64,000 bases of DNA from Promethearchaeota archaeon (GTDB lineage Archaea; Asgardarchaeota; Lokiarchaeia; Sigyniarchaeales; SOKP01): contig JBHLLT010000009.1 of the NCBI GenBank assembly GCA_048938855.1, positions 43,955 through 107,954 on the forward strand, in the 5' to 3' direction. Shown one piece after another: positions 1-9,538 of the stretch (the stretch's first letter is position 1; every line of letters begins with the position of its first letter). Below the pieces are notes generated by a model, which ran no database searches, had not been told where the DNA came from, and saw only the letters and a list, made by a program, of their open reading frames with translations. Made by a program: the position numbers and the translations under genes.

Positions 1-372
1 TTAGTCTCTACAATAGATAATTACAAAATCGAATACACGATTCCACTTACTACTTCAAACTGCCCCTTTTGTAATTCACATCCAATGAAATTCATAAATG
101 CAAAGACTAAAAGATTTTTAGTCTGTTCTGATGATAACTGTAAGCAGTTTCTATCATTACCTAAAAATGGAAAATTAGAATTACTAGATTCAACTTGCTC
201 AATTTGTAGCTTTAATCTATTTAGAGTATCTCTAAAAAGAAATAATAAACTTTATAATTATTATTTATGCCCTAAATGCTGGAATGAGGGTTTGAATGAT
301 AAGTCAGGAAAGGGATTTTGTTCAAATTGTGAAGAATTTAAAATTTTTAAGGGCAAATGTATAAGAAAATAA
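1..372 (+). CDS. DNA topoisomerase type IA (Topo III-like), C-terminal zinc-finger region; 5'-truncated by window edge
   Basis: Frame is open from base 1 (LVSTIDNYKIEYTIPLTTSNCPFCNSHPMKF...). Repeated Cys pairs CPFC, CSDDNC, CSIC, CPKC, CSNC and LSLPKNGKL resemble Top3-type C-terminal Zn ribbons. Confidence 0.7.
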   Translation, partial: LVSTIDNYKIEYTIPLTTSNCPFCNSHPMKFINAKTKRFLVCSDDNCKQFLSLPKNGKLELLDSTCSICSFNLFRVSLKRNNKLYNYYLCPKCWNEGLNDKSGKGFCSNCEEFKIFKGKCIRK

Positions 373-381
373 AATAGTCTT

Positions 382-720
382 CTAAAAGTAATATTTTGAA
401 TCAAAACGGTATGCTGCTCTTGTTAATCCCACGTAATTATCATTTAGTTTATAAAGCATTTTTCCATTTACAATCTTTTTTTGTAGATAATTGTTTTTTA
501 TATAATGATTCAATGATGAAACCATGGTACCCAAAGTAACAGCCCCTATAAATTCATGTTGCTTTTTTGTAACTCTTATCAATTCTAACTCAGAATGCCA
601 CTGTCCATCTAGAAGTGCCATTAATATTTCATTTTTTATAGGAGTTGTGATATCTTTTATTTTATTAAATAAGTTAGAGTAGTTGGGTTTATAGAATGGA
701 TTTTCTTCAAAATCTTCCAT
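382..720 (-). CDS. Small winged-helix DNA-binding protein (putative)
   Basis: 112 aa; pattern IKNEILMALLDGQWHSELELIR...YLQKKIVNGKMLYKL fits a wHTH with a beta-wing. Confidence 0.5.
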   Translation of the reverse strand: MEDFEENPFYKPNYSNLFNKIKDITTPIKNEILMALLDGQWHSELELIRVTKKQHEFIGAVTLGTMVSSLNHYIKNNYLQKKIVNGKMLYKLNDNYVGLTRAAYRFDSKYYF

Positions 721-838
721 ATTTTTTTATCTCTTCATATATGATGAATATAATATGAAATAATATTGAGATTTTTTATTTAACAAAATGTATGATCTCT
801 GTATTATTAAGATATTTTCTCAGTAATACAAAGTAAAA

Positions 839-1960
839 TTATAGTAAATTTGGTGGTATTCCTTCATTATAATATTTCGCACGTGTGATCCAATTTTGAG
901 AAAATTCAGGGATCATTGCTAATATTGAACCACCAATCCAGACAGAAAAAGTTCGCTCCATTGGAGCAATAATCCGGACTCCAAGATTTTTCTTTTTCCT
1001 TCTAGCAAGTTCTAATTCTAACTCCTGATAAATACGAGCTTTTAAATTCGGAAACATGGAGGAACCTCCTGAAAGAAAAATGTTGTTTAACAGTTCTGGA
1101 CGAATGTCCAAATCACATGATTCAATTACATCCATGATTGCGACATGTAATGAATCTTCTTCTAACTCAGAGGATGGTTTAAACAATAGTTCTGGAACAA
1201 CAAATCGCTCTTTATTAAGTGAAATTGTAGAACCATCAGGTAAAGAATATTCTTTTTCATATTGTTCACTGCGTTTTAAATCTTCATTATAATCTAATGA
1301 AACAAAGCATGCTTTTTCTTTTAAAACTCTAACCAATTCTCTGCGTATTGAAGAATCAACAGACCATCCAATTGATTCCAACACTTGTTCCATATAACGA
1401 GTTAATACTCTTCCCCCTGTATCTAAGATCCTAACGGCATGCCCTAATTTATATCCCTCATATAATGGAACTATTCTTGTATTACTATCCCCAATCTCTA
1501 CAATTAGGCCAGTTTGGAAACCCCCAGAATATAATGTTAACATTGAATCTAACACCGGATAAAAAGCCATACATTGATATCGTTCTAAAAATAATTCAAA
1601 TATTTTTTCTAAATCTTTATGCGGAAATAACGGATGTACAGCAAATAATACATTAACAAGTGTTGGATCCACTCTTAAATTATAAAAGATATAGTCAATT
1701 ATATTTGCCAAATGAGTCCAATCTACTACAATTCCTTTCTCAATTGGATGGAAAATCTTATACAATCCGATTGATTGAATCTCATCTCCTACATAAGTCT
1801 CATCTTCACGAGACGCTTTACCACTATAATTAACACCAACATCTTGATATTTAGGTTTACCAACCATTGTCAGGAATACTTGAGAGGGCGTATCTTCGCC
1901 TGCAAATCCAATTTTTGTTGAAAACTGCCCAATATCAAGAACAACTGTAAGATTTCCCAT
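839..1960 (-). CDS. Actin-family protein (divergent Asgard actin / actin-related protein)
   Basis: 373 aa with actin motifs: VVLDIGQFSTKIGFAGED (phosphate-1), HPIEKGIVVDW, GLIVEIGDSNTRIVPLYEG (phosphate-2), LKEKACFVSLDY, YSLPDGSTI, ERFVVPELLF, NIFLSGGSSMFP, SVWIGGSILA. Confidence 0.95.
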   Translation of the reverse strand: MGNLTVVLDIGQFSTKIGFAGEDTPSQVFLTMVGKPKYQDVGVNYSGKASREDETYVGDEIQSIGLYKIFHPIEKGIVVDWTHLANIIDYIFYNLRVDPTLVNVLFAVHPLFPHKDLEKIFELFLERYQCMAFYPVLDSMLTLYSGGFQTGLIVEIGDSNTRIVPLYEGYKLGHAVRILDTGGRVLTRYMEQVLESIGWSVDSSIRRELVRVLKEKACFVSLDYNEDLKRSEQYEKEYSLPDGSTISLNKERFVVPELLFKPSSELEEDSLHVAIMDVIESCDLDIRPELLNNIFLSGGSSMFPNLKARIYQELELELARRKKKNLGVRIIAPMERTFSVWIGGSILAMIPEFSQNWITRAKYYNEGIPPNLL

Positions 1961-2089
1961 GCCTAAAGATTTCAGAATTTAATTTATGATAATTACCCTA
2001 AATAACTATATCTAATATACTATTTTAATTTTTAAAAAATACTAATAAAGCTTTGGGTAAAAATAAAAAGAATAAAAATCTTTAGGTTT

Positions 2090-2782
2090 TTATTCTCCTC
2101 TCATGATCTTCTTCAAACGATTTAACTCATCTAACATTTCATCTCGAAGAGAACTCAATCCTCCACCGGCTTTTGGAGCAACTCCGCCTGTTGCAGGTGC
2201 AGGAGCTGGTGCAGGAGGTCCGGGTCGTTTTGCAAATGCTGGCGCTGCTGGTGGTCCAGCACTTGGAGCTTTAGGGGGACCCGCGCCAGGAGGTGCACTG
2301 GGAAGCCCACCACTAGGTGGCAATTTTGGAGCCGGAGGTAAAGTAGGTTTTTTAGGTGGTCCACCACCACTTGGGGGCGCAGTAGGAGGCATTGCTTTTA
2401 TCGGAGGCCCTGTACCAGGAGGTTTAGGAGCAGAAGGAGGCCCACCACTTGGAGGTGCTGGGGCTGCGGGAATAGAAACAGTAGGCGCTGCAGTAGGAGT
2501 TGAAGTAGGTGTTCCACTACTTAATAAAGAGAATAAAGTACTAGCTGCGGCAGTCTTGGCAGTATCACTGCTTGGGGTGACTATTTTTTTAGAGGAAGTA
2601 CTCACAGTTTGAACCTCTTCAACAACAGAGACTTCTTTCAAATCTTTTTGAGCTTTTGCCAATGATTTGATAAAATCATTTATTCCTTTTATTGTGTCCT
2701 CTAAATCATCAGATAGACTCGTGAGTCCTTTTTTCATAAAATTAATTACGCGTTCAATCTTTTTCTGTTCTTTTGAAACCAC
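2090..2782 (-). CDS. Proline-rich protein: N-terminal coiled coil, Pro-rich linker, C-terminal WH2-like helix + LKKI motif
   Basis: 230 aa, GTG start; helical N-terminal ~50 aa; long Pro/Gly/Ala-rich segment; C-terminus GGGLSSLRDEMLDELNRLKKIMRGE. Confidence 0.75.
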   Translation of the reverse strand: MVSKEQKKIERVINFMKKGLTSLSDDLEDTIKGINDFIKSLAKAQKDLKEVSVVEEVQTVSTSSKKIVTPSSDTAKTAAASTLFSLLSSGTPTSTPTAAPTVSIPAAPAPPSGGPPSAPKPPGTGPPIKAMPPTAPPSGGGPPKKPTLPPAPKLPPSGGLPSAPPGAGPPKAPSAGPPAAPAFAKRPGPPAPAPAPATGGVAPKAGGGLSSLRDEMLDELNRLKKIMRGE

Positions 2783-3046
2783 GTTCTTCTCAATTCCTCT
2801 AATGTTATTAAATAATTGATTAAAGTAAAAATTACTATTTATAATCTTTATATTTTTATTATATTAATATGTATTTATAATTTTATTCCATTCTTAATCA
2901 AGTCTATAAATCTAAATATTACGTAGATCTAGAAAAAACGTTAATTATTAAAAAACCTAAACTAATAATATTATATAACATATTTCATTAGTAAGTTTAA
3001 AATTATTAATATTTCAATTTTAAGAAATTAAAAAGGTTTGTATAAA

Positions 3047-3313
3047 ATGCCTAAGCGTGAACTGTTCATTAAACGGGTTTATGAAATTGTTAATGAGCTT
3101 AAAATCCCCCTAATCGATGAAAGAGTTTATGACAGTGTTAAATTCAATACAGGGGCAGCTGTTGCAGCTGTAATTTTCAGGTTTGAGGAAGATGAATCTG
3201 TAATCCGTGGATTTCTTGGTCTTGCTGAATATTTTCATACAGTTGTAATAAAGCGTAAGGATGAATTCTATATTCCCCACGCTTCCATTCTCTTCAGACT
3301 TATAAGTGCTTAG
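3047..3313 (+). CDS. Hypothetical small alpha/beta protein
   Basis: ORF 3038..3313 with more likely ATG at 3047 (MPKRELFIK); protein-like composition, followed by a T-rich tract. Confidence 0.6.
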   Translation: MPKRELFIKRVYEIVNELKIPLIDERVYDSVKFNTGAAVAAVIFRFEEDESVIRGFLGLAEYFHTVVIKRKDEFYIPHASILFRLISA

Positions 3314-3432
3314 GGTGAAGCTTTATCAATTATTAATCCTCCCTTTCTTTTAAAAAATCTTTTTTTTACTTTTCTTTAATGTAACTATATAATCTATTTA
3401 TTTTGAGTCAAAAAAGAATGTTTATCTTTATT

Positions 3433-4797
3433 CTATCCTAAAATTCGCCCTTTATCCTCAATCAATTCATTCATTTTTAAATTTTTATATATCATGGTAA
3501 TTACAATTGCCCAGATGAATAGTAAATAGAAATTCCGAGGTATTAAAAGAACTAGAATAGTTCCTATTATGAAATAAAGAAACCATCTTATCCTGACACT
3601 TCTATTCTCATCTAGTTGATCCTTGAAATGAAAACTTAGCCATAAAATTATAATTGGCACATGAAATGTAAAATAATACTTATAAACACCCCTCGGAAAG
3701 AATATGTGAGAAAAAAAAGCGATATATACGATAATATCTAATAGTTTTAACCAATCCAATGAATTTTGGTAATACCAGCGATGTATCAAAAAAATAACTA
3801 TAATTTCAATTACAATTATTCCCATCGTAGAGAAACTCAAAAATCCAATAATATAGAGTATCCAATATGGGAGATTTAACCCTACCAAAAAACTATACCA
3901 ATGTATCGGAGAATTAAAATTAGGGATATAAAAATCGGGGAGAAATGAGAATCCTTGGGAGACGAATATACATTTTATATAACCATAAGGATTAATAATA
4001 ATCCATGGTAAAGAGCCTAAAAGAATCACTCCAAAAATTATAGCAGAGTAGATTAATAAATTTTTCAAATATTTAATAATGAATTTTCCATTTCTATTTT
4101 TACTAGACTCAATAACCATGTAAGCTAGTATTGGTAAAATAAAGAAAATAGTAATTTGTTTAAATAAAAAAGAAATTGCCAGTACAATACAAGCAAGGTT
4201 GAATCTCTTAATGAATGTTAAGTATAGTGCTGTCATGAAAAATAGAGTTACAAGCGAAGTGTTTAACAGTAAGCCACCGTTATAAAAGACCAACAACGGG
4301 GAAAAGACTGTAGCCAGAAATCCCCATTCCGCAACTTTTTCACTAAATTGTGTTGATAGAAATTTATAAATAATAATCGGGAGTAAATTTGTCGAGAATA
4401 AAAGAGGAATAAAGATAAGATTAATGTCAATTAAACCTGGCAAGGTTATACTGTATAGAAAAAATGGGGGATAAATATAATAATACTGGCTAATCCCAAC
4501 AAATAGATCCCATACAAAAGAAGTCCAATTAGTGTAATTTCCAAAATCTGGAAAGAAAGCGGTATATGGTATCCAATTTTCATGTATAAATTTTTGTACA
4601 AATGACTGATACCAAAATTGATAATCTTGATAAGGTTCAAGAGAATATCTAAAAAACTCATATAAAACGGAGTTTTGAGAAATTTTGGATAACCAATTGA
4701 AATAATTAAATCCTAAAATTAGTATAATCTGGATTGCCAATGAAACTGAAAAAGCTAAAATTAACTTTTTGTGCGTTTTAAGATTGCTTAATCTCAT
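3433..4797 (-). CDS. Multi-pass membrane glycosyltransferase, GT-C fold (GT87/DUF2029-like)
   Basis: 454 aa, about 11-12 TM; acidic loop PYQDYQFWY after TM1, YIYPPFFLY, and AISFLFKQ motif typical of GT-C enzymes. Confidence 0.65.
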   Translation of the reverse strand: MRLSNLKTHKKLILAFSVSLAIQIILILGFNYFNWLSKISQNSVLYEFFRYSLEPYQDYQFWYQSFVQKFIHENWIPYTAFFPDFGNYTNWTSFVWDLFVGISQYYYIYPPFFLYSITLPGLIDINLIFIPLLFSTNLLPIIIYKFLSTQFSEKVAEWGFLATVFSPLLVFYNGGLLLNTSLVTLFFMTALYLTFIKRFNLACIVLAISFLFKQITIFFILPILAYMVIESSKNRNGKFIIKYLKNLLIYSAIIFGVILLGSLPWIIINPYGYIKCIFVSQGFSFLPDFYIPNFNSPIHWYSFLVGLNLPYWILYIIGFLSFSTMGIIVIEIIVIFLIHRWYYQNSLDWLKLLDIIVYIAFFSHIFFPRGVYKYYFTFHVPIIILWLSFHFKDQLDENRSVRIRWFLYFIIGTILVLLIPRNFYLLFIWAIVITMIYKNLKMNELIEDKGRILG

Positions 4798-4832
4798 TTT
4801 TTAGTTATTTATTATCATGACTCATTTATGTT

Positions 4833-5546
4833 TTAAATGTTTACTATATAGTGTTTCGATTTACTTATCATCTCTAGTACTTCAGATTCTGGTACGTCAT
4901 ACCAATGTTGATAGGCATCTGCGACAGCAAACCATAATGTATTCCTTATATCAGGGCAAAAAATCTCATTTACCTCATTTTCTAATCTTTTTATTGTCCT
5001 TAAGGGAGCCGTCGGTACAGCAATATAAATTTTTTTAGGATTATAGGATTTGATCATTTTTATCCCCGCTAACATAGTAAATCCAGAGGCTAATCCATCA
5101 TCAAGTAGGATGATATTCTTGTTTTGTATGTTTTTGACATATAGTTTATATATATCTAATTCTCTACTATAATACTTGATTCGATTTTGTATTTCTTCTT
5201 TTGTAGTCTCAATAGAATTTTGTATTTCTTTTTGGGTTAGATTTAATTGATTCAATAGTAAGTGATTGAATAACACTGTACCATCTGTTGTCATTGCACC
5301 AAATCCAGCTTCCGTATTAGATGGGATCTTTAACTTTCTCACAATTAATATATCATAATAAATATTTAATTGGGAACAGAATCCTTCTGATACTGGAACT
5401 CCTCCATTGGGTATGGCATAGCAAAAAAACTCATTAGGAGATTGTGAGATTTGAATATACAAATCTTTATTCTTATCTTTAATATATTCAGAGAGGATCG
5501 TCCCCGCTTCTACTCTAGATTCATATTTCATTAATTTTACCATCAA
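4833..5546 (-). CDS. Phosphoribosyltransferase family protein
   Basis: AIPNGGVPV, VRKLKIPSNTEAGFGA, PRPP-binding IILLDDGLASGFTM. Confidence 0.9.
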   Translation of the reverse strand: MMVKLMKYESRVEAGTILSEYIKDKNKDLYIQISQSPNEFFCYAIPNGGVPVSEGFCSQLNIYYDILIVRKLKIPSNTEAGFGAMTTDGTVLFNHLLLNQLNLTQKEIQNSIETTKEEIQNRIKYYSRELDIYKLYVKNIQNKNIILLDDGLASGFTMLAGIKMIKSYNPKKIYIAVPTAPLRTIKRLENEVNEIFCPDIRNTLWFAVADAYQHWYDVPESEVLEMISKSKHYIVNI

Positions 5547-5716
5547 ACGCCACTTTATTATAATATTATAATTAGCGGTGTTGAGTTTGTATTAATTTTA
5601 TACTGTAAACAATATTCTTGTTATTCATAATAAAGACATTATCTGATATATTTATATATGTGAAATTGGATTACTATTATAACTATTCTTTAACGTATAA
5701 TAACAGATGAGAATAT

Positions 5717-6538
5717 ATGAGGAAATCTATCCCAATCTTAATATGTTTATTAGGGATCTTTTTCTTTGTACCATTTATAAATTTCTCTAGAGCTGCCCCT
5801 CCAGATTACATTGGTGTTCAAGTTGGTGAAGAATATTCATGGACATTAAATATAAATGCAAATACATTTGCACAATTTGCGACTGATATGGGTCAAACTG
5901 TTCCACCGGAACTCTCTATGTTTGCAACCATGGGGGGAATTCAAATGAAAGGACAGATCGCTTGGATTAGTAATGAACTTACAAATGCATCTTATAATTA
6001 TGTTATAGTCAATGTGTCATTCTCAATGTTGGTTCCGGGATACGGATGGACGCCATATCCGGCTCCAGGAGAGTATCTCCCCGTTTTTGTTTTGAGTAAT
6101 GAGACTTCTAATTATTTTAATAATACTATGAACGCAATGAATGATGTTACTTTAGAACCTCCTTTATATTATGCTTTCCCTTTTTTGATCGTTCCTTATA
6201 ATCTTAATTGGACCTTAGCTGTCAATGGTTTATTGGACCTTATGACCGGTTTTACAGGAGGAATGACTGGAATCACTCTAGAAACGCTAACACACGGATT
6301 TAAAATAACAGTACCAGAACAATTGGTAAATGGCTCTACTGTAAGACAAACTACATATTCAGCTGAATGGAATGAAAAGGGAGTTTTTGGAGCAGGTTTA
6401 ATAACATATGGAGGCGCTCCACTGATGTCTGTGAATATTCCTATCGGAGAAATTCCAGGTTATGAAATCGGTATTTTATTTGGTGTACTTGGAGTCAGTA
6501 CAGTTGGTATTATCTATTATATAAAGAAAAGGAAATAG
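5717..6538 (+). CDS. Secreted surface protein with C-terminal archaeosortase sorting signal (IPGY-TM-basic; Loki-CTERM-like)
   Basis: N-terminal signal peptide MRKSIPILICLLGIFFFVPF; several N-x-S/T sequons; C-terminus EIPGYEIGILFGVLGVSTVGIIYYIKKRK. Confidence 0.8.
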   Translation: MRKSIPILICLLGIFFFVPFINFSRAAPPDYIGVQVGEEYSWTLNINANTFAQFATDMGQTVPPELSMFATMGGIQMKGQIAWISNELTNASYNYVIVNVSFSMLVPGYGWTPYPAPGEYLPVFVLSNETSNYFNNTMNAMNDVTLEPPLYYAFPFLIVPYNLNWTLAVNGLLDLMTGFTGGMTGITLETLTHGFKITVPEQLVNGSTVRQTTYSAEWNEKGVFGAGLITYGGAPLMSVNIPIGEIPGYEIGILFGVLGVSTVGIIYYIKKRK

Positions 6539-6552
6539 ACCCCTAAATTAAA

Positions 6553-6564
6553 TTTTTTTTTTTT
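6553..6564 (+). terminator. Poly-T archaeal terminator-like tract
   Basis: T12 run about 15 nt after the stop of 5717..6538. Confidence 0.5.
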
Positions 6565-6606
6565 ATTATTTTGATTTAAATTAAATAATATACTAATCAG
6601 TATTAT

Positions 6607-6876
6607 ATGAACCTTAATGAATCAATTCTGTTTGTATTTTTTATATTAATCTTGTTATGGATTATCAAGGCAGATTTTCTTTTCATAATTTTAGGAATTG
6701 CTGCATTTTTGTTTTTTCTAATAATTCTTTTCTCAGAAGATCCGTTAGAAATAACGTTTGCTATTTTAAATTTTTTATTCCTAAATCCCTTGGGATTATT
6801 AATAATTTTTATTCCATTGATTTTATATCTCATAAAAGAAGGATTGAAAAAGAGAAAAAATCAAAAAAGAGAATAA
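6607..6876 (+). CDS. Small membrane protein
   Basis: 89 aa, about 3 hydrophobic segments and a basic C-terminal tail. Confidence 0.45.
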   Translation: MNLNESILFVFFILILLWIIKADFLFIILGIAAFLFFLIILFSEDPLEITFAILNFLFLNPLGLLIIFIPLILYLIKEGLKKRKNQKRE

Positions 6877-6882
6877 TTCAAT

Positions 6883-8535
6883 TTATTCAAGTTGATTTAG
6901 TTTTCTAATACCCAAATATAACATTAATGCTGCAATTATTCCAGATATTCCTAGATTAGATAATAAAATAAGAATTATACCAATTGAAGCAGCAATGTTA
7001 GCAGAAAGAATTGGCATTACAATAAAAAGAGATATCAATAGTGATAAAACTTGGACTATGAGAATCAAGTACATATTAAAGAATACATCCTTACCTCTTT
7101 CCTCAAATAAAGGTTTAAAACATTGAATTGCTATTGCTTCTAATAAAATTTCTACACAATATAACATAAATGTAAAGAAAAAAACTAAAATTAATATGAT
7201 ATCAATTTGAAATAAAAAAGAAAAAAATGTAGATAAGCCAATATCTAAAAATAAAATTAAGATGAACATGACATATGCATAAGAGAAAACTAATGAGTTA
7301 ATTCCACGTGGAGATTTCTTATATATAAATAGTAATTCTTTTGATCTAATCAGAATTGATATTCCAATTAAAACGCTAAAAATTAAAGCACCTATCCAGG
7401 CAATTATCAACACTAATAAAAATTTGTGTTGTAGAATTTCTAAGATTAAACTTATACCTAAAGGATTGTCTTCGAGAATTATTGTAGACTGAGATAAGGA
7501 AATAGCCAAAAAAACACCTATGAATCCAATAAAAACAGTACTATAAATAAGCTTAGCGTAGTTTTCCTTTTTTCTGAGAAAATCTTTAAAATGAATAATT
7601 ACTAGTCCCTTCCATTTGTTAGGAGTAATTTTAGCTATATAGTGATAAAATTTCTTTTCCTTTTGAATAATTTTTGATTTTTTTTCAATAGTTCTTTCTA
7701 AATTGTAAAAAATATTAGCCCTTTTATAAGATATATAAAATAACAATAGAGGAATAAAAATTGCAAGACCAACATTTAGCCAAATATTCAAGATATATGA
7801 AGATACCAAAGCTGGATTTATCAGATATAAAGTAATATTAGAATACCAATAAGATGGAAAAAAAATCATCCAAACCTTTAAATTTGGAAAGCTTGATATA
7901 AACTCAAATAGAAAGTGGAAAATATAAAAAATTGAAATTACTATAAAAGATAATATTACAAATACCCAATTTTGTAGTTCCCTTACCCTTTTACTTTTAT
8001 AGATCCTACTTTCAATCCAATTAGATAATATAGTCCCGAGCAATAGAGCAAATATAGAAAGAGTAAATGTAATAGCATAAAATCCAATATAGTGAAGGAA
8101 TCCCATATTAGGGTTTATTTGTCTTAATAAACTTGTACCTAATGGCCCAATTCCTAATAAAAAGAGAAAGTAAAATGGTAATTGACCAATAAATTCACCT
8201 GTGAAAATATCTCCTGGTTTTATAGGAGAAGCAAGGATTATATCTTTAATTCCGATTTCCATTCTTCTATATAATAGGAATAAAGGATAGATTGTATACA
8301 TAACAAATAACATCATAAAAGAATATTCTAAGATAAGAGTTATCAGAGCTTCAAATTGCTCAGTGAAAACCTTTAAAATTTCAGGTAATATCTCATCGAA
8401 AATTACAGGCCCCAAAAAAGCAGCCCATAGTAATAATAATGTATAAATTATAATGAAAAAAAGTCTGCGATTTTTTCTCACTCTAAATGTTTTAAGGCGA
8501 ATTTCTTTTTTTGCAATGATTTTCCAAAGAGACAA
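6883..8535 (-). CDS. ABC-2-type exporter permease-like membrane protein
   Basis: 550 aa in two repeated halves (IAKKEIRL / IIHFKDFLR), ILASPIKPGDIF motif, about 12-14 TM. Confidence 0.6.
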   Translation of the reverse strand: MSLWKIIAKKEIRLKTFRVRKNRRLFFIIIYTLLLLWAAFLGPVIFDEILPEILKVFTEQFEALITLILEYSFMMLFVMYTIYPLFLLYRRMEIGIKDIILASPIKPGDIFTGEFIGQLPFYFLFLLGIGPLGTSLLRQINPNMGFLHYIGFYAITFTLSIFALLLGTILSNWIESRIYKSKRVRELQNWVFVILSFIVISIFYIFHFLFEFISSFPNLKVWMIFFPSYWYSNITLYLINPALVSSYILNIWLNVGLAIFIPLLLFYISYKRANIFYNLERTIEKKSKIIQKEKKFYHYIAKITPNKWKGLVIIHFKDFLRKKENYAKLIYSTVFIGFIGVFLAISLSQSTIILEDNPLGISLILEILQHKFLLVLIIAWIGALIFSVLIGISILIRSKELLFIYKKSPRGINSLVFSYAYVMFILILFLDIGLSTFFSFLFQIDIILILVFFFTFMLYCVEILLEAIAIQCFKPLFEERGKDVFFNMYLILIVQVLSLLISLFIVMPILSANIAASIGIILILLSNLGISGIIAALMLYLGIRKLNQLE

Positions 8536-8941
8536 TTAATTTATTCTCGTTTGCTTTAATTCTCTTCTATTTTAAAATTAATATTGATTAAGAATAAATT
8601 GTAATAAATAAATTTGATTAACATATTAGTTCTATAAATTTACTTATTTTTAAACTATTGGTGTTATCTGAGTGAAGAATTATTGGTTTATTAATATAAA
8701 TAATCTTCATCTCAAAATTAACTTCTATCTCTGAAAATTTAAACATTTAATTAGATTGATAACTAAATTTTTAAAATAAAATTGTCTAATCTAGTCACAA
8801 CTAAATATTTATATTATGTATACTTTCCCTATCTTAATTAAAGATTAACAAATTTTAATTAAAATACAACCTTAAAATATTAACAAAAGAAATGGCTCAA
8901 AATAATATCTCTGAAAAAGAAGATTCTGAGGAGGATGGTAT

Positions 8942-9496
8942 ATGGAGATTCAAGACTCTAAAGGTAAAATTATTAAAGAAACGTTCCCCTCAGAACTCAT
9001 ATCTATTATTGGAGATATCCTAGCAGGGATCCTACTCTCTCTTTTAATTTTACCATTTCATAGTTTTCCTATTTTAATCTTAATGGTTCCAGCGCTTCTC
9101 TCTTTGAGAGGAAATCTGAGTGGTCCATTCATAGCCAGAACTTCTCGCGATTTAATTGTAGGAGACTTTAGTAAAAGAACTTGGATTGAAAATGTACTAG
9201 CTACTTATTCATTATCAATAATAACAGCAATCTTTATAGGGCTCTTTTCTATAATTTTAAATTTTATATTCTTTAGACTGTTCATACTTCCAATTGTATA
9301 TTTTATTCTAATTCCAATGATATCCATTGTTTTAGCACTATTAATTTCTATTCCTTGCTCAACTGGACTAAATTATTTAGCTTTCAAGAGAGGCTTGAAC
9401 CCAAATAATATTGTAAATCCTGTTATGACAGCTATTGATGATTTTTCTACAACATTTTGTTTCCTTTTAACAATAATTATGTTGGGGGTGCCGTAA
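8942..9496 (+). CDS. MgtE/SLC41-type divalent cation transporter, membrane half 1
   Basis: PALLSLRGNL and GLNPNNIVNPVMTAIDD MgtE motifs; purine-rich GAGGAGGA upstream. Confidence 0.85.
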   Translation: MEIQDSKGKIIKETFPSELISIIGDILAGILLSLLILPFHSFPILILMVPALLSLRGNLSGPFIARTSRDLIVGDFSKRTWIENVLATYSLSIITAIFIGLFSIILNFIFFRLFILPIVYFILIPMISIVLALLISIPCSTGLNYLAFKRGLNPNNIVNPVMTAIDDFSTTFCFLLTIIMLGVP

Positions 9497-9538
9497 ATTA
9501 AATATTATTTTAAAATTTTCAAAGAGTCAATAATTATT

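Noticed and set aside
2160-2520. Locally high GC segment, considered as RNA gene or foreign DNA
   Set aside because: Explained by Pro/Gly/Ala codons; no tRNA or rRNA structure seen.
2103-2612. Gly-rich 169-aa ORF on the + strand (collagen-like look)
   Set aside because: Antisense shadow of the Pro-rich gene (CCN codons read as GGN); no Gly-X-Y periodicity.
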